This document shows positions 56,336 through 64,000 of a stretch of DNA of 64,000 bases, in pieces. Location of the stretch: assembly GCA_900553945.1 (NCBI GenBank), contig USFR01000009.1, positions 3,070 to 67,069 on the forward strand. Direction: 5' to 3'. Origin of the DNA: an uncultured Clostridium sp. (GTDB taxonomy: Bacteria > Bacillota > Clostridia > TANB77 > CAG-508). Both the position numbers and the translations under genes were made by a program. A model generated the notes under the pieces. It was not told the DNA's origin and did not search any database. It saw nothing but the letters and a program-made list of their open reading frames with translations. The first letter of the stretch is position 1. Each line of letters opens with the position of its first letter.

Positions 56336-57513
56336 GAAACCAATTTTTGCTCTACCCCTATTTTTTCAATGACTTCATATATTAGTTTAACCTTTAACTC
56401 TGTTTCTGTTGGTTCAGCAATAATATTTCTATTGACGATTTGTTTGTTTTTTATATCGTTTTTCATTTGTTCTTCTAGTTCTTGAATTATTTTCTCTTGT
56501 AATTGTTCAACTGTATATTGCTTTTGTTCATATCTATATTCGTAGTTTGTTATTTTCTTGAATTCTATTGGTAAATAAAAATTGTTTAATATTTTGATTT
56601 TATTTTTCGTTTCCATTGTATCATATTTTTCAAATTTTGAAATAGTTTTATAAAAATTTATTGTATTTTTGTTTAAAGTTACTGCGTATTTGTTTTCCTC
56701 AGCATTTGTTTTTACTTTTTCTTGTTGAATTAAGCTCTCTGTTTTTTCCTGAATATACCAAACTTTTGCTTCAATATCGCCACTTGCATGCATGTATCTA
56801 ACTCCAGTATATTTTCCTTCCATCCAGCCTCCTATAAGCTTTCGACCGTTTTCAACAACATCTCCTTCTTTAACAAGTGCTGTTCCGTTTGTAACATTTA
56901 TTTTGGTTATTATTCCATCTTTTGATGCTACTATATCACAATATTCATTTTCGTCTAATATATCTGGTTTGGCTACCGCTTCTACAACAGTTACTTTTGC
57001 GTTTGTTCCATCTATTTTTATTCCTATCCATGAAATTCTCTCGTCATTTAATCTCATTTTTTCTATAACTTTCTGTGTATTTATTTTGTACTTTAACTCT
57101 CCTTGTTTAATTCCATTTCTATTTAATTCTTCTAATATTTCTTCTGAGCTAATAAGGTTATTTCCTTCAATTTCTATGTTCCATACAAAATTTGATAGTG
57201 CAAATATTGATAGTATTAACATAAAAAATAAAAATATAAAAACTTTTCTGTTCTTATATTTTTTTATTATAAATGGTAATCCTCTTTTTCTTTTAATTTT
57301 CATACTGCATTGTGTTTTTTTGGCTATGTTTCTTATTCCTCTAAAATCGTCTATTTGTATATTTGTAATTATACTTGTATTATTTTTTCTTCTTGTTCCC
57401 CATAGCTCTATTCCTTGTTTTGTGCATGCATTAAAAAATCTTTCTATATAAAAACCTTCAATTTCAATTTGAAGATAGCCTTTTACGAAATTATTTTTTT
57501 TCTTTAAAACCAT
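56332..57513 (-). CDS. yqfD: Sporulation protein YqfD
   Basis: I use the ATG at 57513 behind the RBS aggtga. VKGYLQIEIEGFYIERFFN, a central TM helix and a C-terminal YqfD domain, downstream of yqfC. Confidence 0.85.
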   Translation of the reverse strand: MVLKKKNNFVKGYLQIEIEGFYIERFFNACTKQGIELWGTRRKNNTSIITNIQIDDFRGIRNIAKKTQCSMKIKRKRGLPFIIKKYKNRKVFIFLFFMLILSIFALSNFVWNIEIEGNNLISSEEILEELNRNGIKQGELKYKINTQKVIEKMRLNDERISWIGIKIDGTNAKVTVVEAVAKPDILDENEYCDIVASKDGIITKINVTNGTALVKEGDVVENGRKLIGGWMEGKYTGVRYMHASGDIEAKVWYIQEKTESLIQQEKVKTNAEENKYAVTLNKNTINFYKTISKFEKYDTMETKNKIKILNNFYLPIEFKKITNYEYRYEQKQYTVEQLQEKIIQELEEQMKNDIKNKQIVNRNIIAEPTETELKVKLIYEVIEKIGVEQKLVS

Positions 57514-57517
57514 TTTT

Positions 57518-57793
57518 TCACCTACGTTCAAAATCTAGATTTTCTATCTTTCCGGTTATGCTTACTGATTCGTCGCTGATTTGATTTAATTTTAATTCAA
57601 ATCCATTTATATTTATGTTTCCTATATGTGTACATACTCTTATAAAGAATTCTTCGTATTCTAATATTCCTTTGTAATTTTCTATTAATACTTCATCAAA
57701 TCCAAGCATTGTTACTTTTGGAATATTGGTTCCGACTTCTCTGGGTAAGTCTAAAATTTCATTTACTCTGTTTAGATTCATATAATATTTCAT
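57518..57793 (-). CDS. yqfC: Sporulation protein YqfC
   Basis: 91 aa. PKVTMLGFDEVLIENYKGILEYEE.FIRV is typical YqfC. Confidence 0.85.
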   Translation of the reverse strand: MKYYMNLNRVNEILDLPREVGTNIPKVTMLGFDEVLIENYKGILEYEEFFIRVCTHIGNININGFELKLNQISDESVSITGKIENLDFERR

Positions 57794-57948
57794 CCTTCCT
57801 AATATTTCTTCTATGTTTATATATATTCAATTGTTAGAGAAATATTACTTTTATTATTGAAACTTATGAATAGGAAAAATACATATCAAAATTTTATATG
57901 TATTTTTCATTTTATCTTTTGCAATAATGGTTATATTTAAATTCGAAA

Positions 57949-58079
57949 GAAAAAGAAAATTATATTTATTTTTTGTTCCTTGCTAAAAGATTTTACCACT
58001 CCTTAAACTTCGTTTAAGCGTTAGGTAAAAACTTTCAAACTGCGCGTCACTAAAAAATCAAATATAATTTTCTTTTTGC
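57949..58079. repeat. Hairpin-embedded intergenic element E
   Basis: Arms gaaaaagaaaattatatttatttttt and aaaaaatcaaatataattttctttttgc pair. The 77-nt core shares the CCTTGCT, ACTTCGTT and CTGCGCGTCA blocks with A and D. Confidence 0.55.
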
Positions 58080-58088
58080 TAACAAATT

Positions 58089-58868
58089 CTATCTTACAAA
58101 TTCATCTAAACTTTTAAACTCATACCCATCAGATTTAATAGCCCTAATACACTCATCCAAAATATTCATATTATCCTTTGAAGTACCATGAAGCAACATA
58201 ACCTCTCCAGGATGCGTATTATTCAATATCTTCTCCTTACCGTAAGATTCTCTACCTTGCTTATTCTCATCCCAATCATCATATGCAAAAGACCACATTA
58301 TTGTCTGATAATTCATTTTATTACATAAAGCTAATGTCCTTTCGCAGTATTCCCCTTTAGGTGGTCTTATGTATTTCATTTCATATCCAAACTTTTCATA
58401 TACAGCTGTATGCAAATTCATAACTTCTTTTTCAACTTCAGAATCTGAAATCTCTGGCATGCTTTTGTGATTAACAGTATGGTTTCCAACATCATGCCCT
58501 TCTTCTATCATTCTTTTAACTATGTCAGGCTGAGTATTTAAATAATGAGCTGTAATAAAAAAACATGCCTTAACATCATTTGCTTTTAGGGTATCTAATA
58601 TATTTTCCGTATATCCTGCTTCATATCCTAAATCAAATGTTAGGTATATATATTTCTTTTCTTTACTTCCCATCGCTATTCCATTGTATTTGTCAATTAA
58701 TTCTCTATTTTCTTTTCCTAAATCAGGTTGCTCATGGTTGTTGTTTCTTTTTATTCCCCAACATATTTTCTTATTAATATTATCTGCACGTACCTCATTT
58801 TTTAAGACACCCACACATAATACTAATGAAAAAATAACAGCTATACTCAAAACAATTTTTTTATTCAT
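58089..58868 (-). CDS. Polysaccharide deacetylase, PdaA-like (spore cortex delta-lactam type)
   Basis: 259 aa. Signal anchor, then YLTFDLGYEAGYT..ILDTLK...VKACFFITAHYL and GNHTVNHKSM NodB motifs. Confidence 0.75.
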   Translation of the reverse strand: MNKKIVLSIAVIFSLVLCVGVLKNEVRADNINKKICWGIKRNNNHEQPDLGKENRELIDKYNGIAMGSKEKKYIYLTFDLGYEAGYTENILDTLKANDVKACFFITAHYLNTQPDIVKRMIEEGHDVGNHTVNHKSMPEISDSEVEKEVMNLHTAVYEKFGYEMKYIRPPKGEYCERTLALCNKMNYQTIMWSFAYDDWDENKQGRESYGKEKILNNTHPGEVMLLHGTSKDNMNILDECIRAIKSDGYEFKSLDEFVR

Positions 58869-59058
58869 TTTACTTTATCCTTTCTTTTTTTATAATTTTA
58901 TTATTTTTTTATTGTTTTAGAATTATTTTTAAAGTAAAATAAGTGTATCTCATGTTTTTACATTTTTTTACAAAATTCTATTGACATTAAATTGAAATTA
59001 TTTTATATTTATTATTACGCTCCATAAAATGGGTAGTAGTAATAGCGAGGTGTTATTT

Positions 59059-60375
59059 ATGCAAATTTTATTTTCAGAAAATGTAGTTTTTACAAAATTA
59101 ATATCGATTGTTATGGCTTTTGCTGAGCTTTTAATTTGTAGATTATTTTTTATAAAAGCTTTTAACTTAGATTTTTCTAAGAAAAAGACTACATTATATT
59201 TGTTTATTTCTTTTCCTTTAGAAATTATAAATATTTGTTTTGCGCCTATATCCTTTTTTCCATTTATAAATATTGCAATTGTTTTTGTTGTTTTATACTT
59301 TTTATTTAGAAAAGAATTTGTGCATAGTACTTTCTTTCTAATACTTCCATTTACAATATTTCAAGTATTAAAATTATTTTTCACATACACAATTGCATTT
59401 ATGTTTGATATACAACCTTCTTCTCTTGAAAAGGTACCAATCGTTAGACCTTTTATAATTATTCCTTCATATCTTATTATGTTTTCACTAATGAAAATAT
59501 TTGATAAAATGAAGTTTTCTAAAAATCTTTATCACGGTTTAGATACTCCTAGCAAATTAATTATTCATATCTTTTCATTTGCGTGTTTATTTACTGTTTT
59601 ACTAAATGGTCATTTCTTATATAGTGCTTTTTCAACTGTTTCATTTGCTTTTGTTTTACTCAATATGCTATTAATTAGTATTGTAATTATTCTTTTAATA
59701 AAAATATTAAAGCTTCAATATGTTGAAAACAATTTAGATTCCGAAAAAAAATCATATATAACTCTTTCACACTCTTATGATGGTATTAGAGAATTTAAAC
59801 ATGATTTTTCTAATATAATGCAATCTATTGGTGGATATTTATCTGCTGATGATTTTGATGGATTAAAACATTATTATTCTAGCATTTTCAAAGATTGTGA
59901 TGAACTAAAAAAACTTTCTGTTTTTAATAAAGATGTTTTAAATAGTCCACCAGTTTTATCATTACTTACAGAAAAGTATTACAAATCAAAAAATTTAGGT
60001 ATTGATTTTAATATTGAAGTATTTATTGATTTAACAACTTTAAATATGGATATCTATGAATTTAATCGTATTTTAGGAATATTTTTAGATAATAGCATTG
60101 AGGCTGCTGAAAATTCATCTGAAAAATTTATTAATATAATAATTGCTAGAGATGGTAGAGCTCATTATGATTATTTAACGATTGAAAACTCGTGTAATTC
60201 TGATTCAAAAATTGATGAAGATAAAATTTTTGAAAAGAACTATTCTACAAAGCCTAATAATACAGGTTTAGGTCTATGGAAAGTAAAAAAGATTTTGAAA
60301 AAGTATGATAATATTTCTTTATATACATCTGTAGAGAATGGTGTATTTAGTCATCAATTACGTATATATTATTAA
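59059..60375 (+). CDS. AgrC/ComD-type (HPK10, GHKL) membrane sensor histidine kinase, orphan
   Basis: I use the ATG at 59059 behind the RBS gaggtg. It has 6-7 TM helices, the H-box FKHDFSNIMQSI, the N-box FLDNSIEA and the G-box NTGLGLW. No response regulator or agrBD-like gene is adjacent. Confidence 0.75.
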   Translation: MQILFSENVVFTKLISIVMAFAELLICRLFFIKAFNLDFSKKKTTLYLFISFPLEIINICFAPISFFPFINIAIVFVVLYFLFRKEFVHSTFFLILPFTIFQVLKLFFTYTIAFMFDIQPSSLEKVPIVRPFIIIPSYLIMFSLMKIFDKMKFSKNLYHGLDTPSKLIIHIFSFACLFTVLLNGHFLYSAFSTVSFAFVLLNMLLISIVIILLIKILKLQYVENNLDSEKKSYITLSHSYDGIREFKHDFSNIMQSIGGYLSADDFDGLKHYYSSIFKDCDELKKLSVFNKDVLNSPPVLSLLTEKYYKSKNLGIDFNIEVFIDLTTLNMDIYEFNRILGIFLDNSIEAAENSSEKFINIIIARDGRAHYDYLTIENSCNSDSKIDEDKIFEKNYSTKPNNTGLGLWKVKKILKKYDNISLYTSVENGVFSHQLRIYY

Positions 60376-60483
60376 TTTCTAAGATTATGGATTAAAATTT
60401 GGAGATATAATTAAAAAAAGGCATTGATAACAGCAATATAAAAATTTATGTTATCAATGTCTTTTTTATATAAATATCTATTT

Positions 60484-61167
60484 TTATTCTTTTTCGTCTT
60501 TTAGTATTATCCAACTACCAATTGGTTCTGGATAATCTGTAAATTCTAGATGTTCTTTTGTTGTTGGATGAGCAAAAGAAAGTTTATATGCCCATAAGCA
60601 TAACTGTTTTCCTCTTCCACGTGTTCCATATTTTTGATCTCCATATAAGCTATGGTTTCTACTTGCAAATTGAACTCTAATTTGGTGATGTCTTCCTGTA
60701 TACAATTTTACTCTAACAAGTGATAAATCTATTTTTTCATCATATTTTAGTACTTCATATTCAAGCTTTGCTAATTTAGCATTCTTATTATTTTTGTCTG
60801 TAACCCTACTTAAATTATTTTTTTCGTTTTTTACTAAGTAGTCCTCAAAAATATCTGCATGCTTTTCCATCTTTCCATCAACTATACATAAATACTCTTT
60901 TTCAAACTTTTTTTCTCTTATTTGTTCACTAAGTCTAGAGGCAGCTTTTGAAGTCTTGGCAAATACCATCACTCCTCCAGTTGGTCTGTCTAATCTATGT
61001 ACTAATCCTAAATAAGCATCTCCTGGTTTGTTATATTTTTCTATTAAATATTTTTTTATTATTGTTAGCATATCTTCATCGCCAGTCTTGTCCCCTTGTG
61101 ATGGAATATTTACTGGCTTTTCTACTACAATTATATGATTATCTTCGTATATTATTTTTAATTTCAT
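60484..61167 (-). CDS. RluA-family pseudouridine synthase
   Basis: 227 aa with HRLDRPTGGVMVFAKT and GRHHQIRVQ motifs. Confidence 0.88.
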   Translation of the reverse strand: MKLKIIYEDNHIIVVEKPVNIPSQGDKTGDEDMLTIIKKYLIEKYNKPGDAYLGLVHRLDRPTGGVMVFAKTSKAASRLSEQIREKKFEKEYLCIVDGKMEKHADIFEDYLVKNEKNNLSRVTDKNNKNAKLAKLEYEVLKYDEKIDLSLVRVKLYTGRHHQIRVQFASRNHSLYGDQKYGTRGRGKQLCLWAYKLSFAHPTTKEHLEFTDYPEPIGSWIILKDEKE

Positions 61168-61185
61168 TTTATCCTCGTATAATTA

Positions 61186-62046
61186 TTATTTTTCCCATCT
61201 ACCATAAATTCCGCATGGTAATACTAAGTTTGAATTTTTCATTGGTAATCCTATTTCTCCTGATGTTATTTTTCCTTTATGATTTTTCATATTAAGTTCT
61301 AAAAGATTAGCTAAAACTCTTGAAGAAATTCCTGTTGTATATGAATTTATTAAAAAGAATAATGGATCATCACTTAAAACTTGCATACATAATTCAACTA
61401 AGTCTGCAATATTGTTTTCAAATTGCCATACTTCTCCGTTTTTTCCTCTTCCATATGATGGTGGATCCATTACTATTGCATCATATTTGTTTCCTCTTCT
61501 AATTTCTCTTTGAACGAATTTCACAACATCATCTATTATAAATCTTACAGGTCTTTCTCTTAATCCTGAGCTTTCTACATTTTCTTTTGCCCAAGTAGTC
61601 ATTCCTTTTGATGAATCTACATGACATACTGATGCTCCGGCTGAAAGGCAAGCTACTGTTGCTCCACCTGTATACGCAAATAAATTTAAAACTTTTATAT
61701 TTCTTTTTGATTGTTGAATTTTATTTATCATCCAATCCCAATTAACTGCTTGTTCTGGAAATAATCCTGTATGTTTAAATCCCATAGGCTTAATATTAAA
61801 AGTTAAATTTTTATATTTTACTTGCCAGCTTTCTGGTAATCTTTTTTTATATTCCCATGCTCCTCCGCCTGTGTTACTTCTATTGTATCTAGCATTAGTA
61901 TTTTTCCACTCGTTTGGAAAGCTTTTGTTTTTCCAAATAATTTGTGGATCTGGTCTTATTAATTTTATATTGCCCCATCTTTCTAGTTTTTCTCCATTTG
62001 CCATATCTATTATTTCATAATCTTTCCATTCATTTGCAATATTCAT
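61186..62046 (-). CDS. Class I SAM-dependent (rRNA-type) methyltransferase
   Basis: 286 aa. VLNLFAYTGGATVA and DAIVMDPPSYGRG motifs, as in the RlmI/RlmK-related Methyltrans_SAM family. Confidence 0.75.
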   Translation of the reverse strand: MNIANEWKDYEIIDMANGEKLERWGNIKLIRPDPQIIWKNKSFPNEWKNTNARYNRSNTGGGAWEYKKRLPESWQVKYKNLTFNIKPMGFKHTGLFPEQAVNWDWMINKIQQSKRNIKVLNLFAYTGGATVACLSAGASVCHVDSSKGMTTWAKENVESSGLRERPVRFIIDDVVKFVQREIRRGNKYDAIVMDPPSYGRGKNGEVWQFENNIADLVELCMQVLSDDPLFFLINSYTTGISSRVLANLLELNMKNHKGKITSGEIGLPMKNSNLVLPCGIYGRWEK

Positions 62047-62342
62047 ATTACTTCTCTCTCCAATATCATTTTCACAATATGCATATTAACTTACAAAAAT
62101 TATATATTAAAACTATGTTTGCAGTCATTGTTATTACTGACATTATGCATATTATTTTAAAATATTTATTTTTTATCATTTGTCATACTCTCCTTTTTTA
62201 TATTACTTTAGAAAGTTCTTTGAACTCATTATAATATATTCTTTCTCTAAAGAGTTTATGACAACTACAATTAGTATTTTACCATATTTCATCTAGTTTT
62301 TTCAACAAAATACTATAGAAAAAAGCCATTTCTGGCTTTTTT

Positions 62343-64000
62343 TTACATTTTTTTTAGTTTTTGTGCAAGTTTTTCATTTATTCCTTTTACTTGTGTTAAT
62401 TCATCAATACTTGCATTTTTTATTTTTTCTATTGTTCCAAACTTTCTAAGTAGTGCATCTCTTTTAGCTTTTCCTATTCCTTCAATTTCATCTAAACTTG
62501 ATTTAGTCATATCTTGCTCTCTTAGCTTTCTATGATATTCTATTGCTGTATTATGAACTTCATTTTGCAAATTTGTTATGAAGAAAAATAATCGTTCAGA
62601 AATTTCAAATTCTTTTCTATTTTCATCAACTAATGCTCTAGTTGAGTGTGTATCATCTTTAACCATTCCATACACAGGAATCTGATCTTGAAGATTATAT
62701 GTACTTAATGCTCTTTTTATTGCTTTTATTTGTGTTATACCACCATCTGCTAAAATTAGGTCTGGTAACGTTCCAAATCCGCCTTTGGGATTTTCTAAAG
62801 AATGTTTTATTCTTCTTGTTACAACTTCTTCTGCACATCTTGGATCATCTTGACCATACACTGTTTTTATTCTAAATCTTCTTGACATATTTCTTTTTAT
62901 AATTCCATCTTGTGCTACACACATTCCAGCAACAATATGTGTTCCTGAAATGTTTGATATATCAAAAGTTTCAATTTTGTGTGGTAAATGGTCTAAACTT
63001 AGTACTTCTTTAAATTCATTTAATACTTCGAATTTATCTTTTGATTTATTTTCTAGTGTTATTTTAGCATTATTTTCAGCCATTTCTACAAACCTTAGTT
63101 TTTCGCCTTTTTGCGGTGTTTTTATTTCAACTTTTCTTCCAGCGCTATTGGTTAACCATTCTTGAATTATTTCTTTATCTTCAATTTCTTCTTGAATCAT
63201 TATTTTATTTGGAAATTCCATTTTGCCTAAATAGTATTGTTTTATAAATCCAGACAATATTTCTTTTGTTTCCATATCTTTTAGCTCATCAAAGAAATAG
63301 TGCTCTCTATCTATCATTTTGCTTCCACGTACAAAAAATATTTCTACACATACAGATAGCTCATTTTTGTAAATTCCAATTACATCAATATTGTTCTCAG
63401 ATATATTTGAAACTTTTTGCTTTGCTGATATTCTTTCAATTGCATTCATTCTATCTCTAATGGCAGCTGCTTTTTCAAACTCTAATTTCTCTGATGCTTG
63501 CTTCATTTCAGCTTCAAGCTCCTTTAAAATCTTGCTTGTTTTACCTTCTAATAACATAATTATCTGATTTATTTGAACCATATATTCATCTCTTGTAACA
63601 TACTTCATACAAGGCGCTAAACATTTTTTTATGTGATAATTTAAGCATGCTCTATCGTTAAATTTAAATGTTTTGCATTGCCTAACTTGAAACTTTTCTT
63701 TTATAAAATTAAGCATTTCCCTTGCCGCACCTGGATTAGCATATGGTCCAAAATATTTTGCTCCATCGTTTTGAATTCGTCTTGTGATGTATATGCTTGG
63801 ATATTCTTCTTTCATTCCAATTCTTATGTATGGATATGTTTTATCATCTTTTAATAATACATTGAATTTAGGTCTGTTTTCTTTTATTAAATTGCATTCT
63901 AATATTAATGCTTCTGCTTCATTGTCACATACTATATACTCAAAATGGTCAATTAAAGAAACCATATTCTTTATTCTTTGAGTTTTATTTGTTTTTCTAA
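62343..64000 (-). CDS. uvrC: Excinuclease ABC subunit C, N-terminus beyond the right edge
   Basis: The frame stays open upstream of the track Met (...RKTNKTQRIKNMVSLIDHFEYIV...EAEALILECNLIKENRPKFN is the end of the GIY-YIG domain). The UVR domain, RNase H-like domain and C-terminal HhH (IEGIGKAKRDALLRKFG) are all present. Confidence 0.93.
   Translation of the reverse strand, partial: RKTNKTQRIKNMVSLIDHFEYIVCDNEAEALILECNLIKENRPKFNVLLKDDKTYPYIRIGMKEEYPSIYITRRIQNDGAKYFGPYANPGAAREMLNFIKEKFQVRQCKTFKFNDRACLNYHIKKCLAPCMKYVTRDEYMVQINQIIMLLEGKTSKILKELEAEMKQASEKLEFEKAAAIRDRMNAIERISAKQKVSNISENNIDVIGIYKNELSVCVEIFFVRGSKMIDREHYFFDELKDMETKEILSGFIKQYYLGKMEFPNKIMIQEEIEDKEIIQEWLTNSAGRKVEIKTPQKGEKLRFVEMAENNAKITLENKSKDKFEVLNEFKEVLSLDHLPHKIETFDISNISGTHIVAGMCVAQDGIIKRNMSRRFRIKTVYGQDDPRCAEEVVTRRIKHSLENPKGGFGTLPDLILADGGITQIKAIKRALSTYNLQDQIPVYGMVKDDTHSTRALVDENRKEFEISERLFFFITNLQNEVHNTAIEYHRKLREQDMTKSSLDEIEGIGKAKRDALLRKFGTIEKIKNASIDELTQVKGINEKLAQKLKKM

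Noticed and set aside
1-64000. Alternative genetic code (for example TGA as sense) suggested by the low GC
   Set aside because: TGA, TAA and TAG all terminate well-conserved proteins at the expected lengths. Examples are TGA at the yqfC, TSUP and 5' ATPase ORF ends. Conserved genes translate full-length with the standard bacterial code.

Overview
Low-GC window (hand counts about 25-28% GC) from a spore-forming anaerobic Firmicute of the Clostridia type, judged from spoIVB, spoVG, an alpha/beta SASP, yqfC/yqfD, a pdaA-like deacetylase and a HydABC [FeFe]-hydrogenase. About 85% of genes are on the minus strand. Most of the window is housekeeping: rpsJ-rplC-rplD, feoAB, four pseudouridine synthases, rarA, ruvA, asnS, pheST with a T-box leader, tmRNA, tRNA-Leu, trmL, murC, hpf, recO-yqzL-era, ybeY and uvrC. 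Four things stand out. (1) A 12.8 kb, 13-gene minus-strand operon (30650-43457) looks like a divergent Tad/archaeal-type type IV filament machine. It has a CpaB-like gene, two degenerate ParA/MinD-like genes, a CpaF/VirB11-type ATPase, a large polytopic membrane protein, and seven N-terminally anchored proteins. Four of those seven share a conserved MEN[AS]xxAL N-terminus. I see no prepilin peptidase or Flp-type pilin, and the ATPase reading frame breaks inside its Walker A motif. (2) A single 197-aa ORF (45057-45650) has about 39% GC, foreign codon usage and a GC-rich terminator behind a near-consensus promoter. (3) A family of intergenic elements has related, relatively GC-rich cores sitting at the centre of long AT-rich inverted repeats whose arms differ at each locus. 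It includes a near-identical 40-nt core present three times. (4) Three otherwise intact genes carry small lesions: an rluB-like frameshift, the ATPase frameshift, and an in-frame stop splitting a TSUP transporter. All calls come from reading the sequence and translations by eye; no database search was run.
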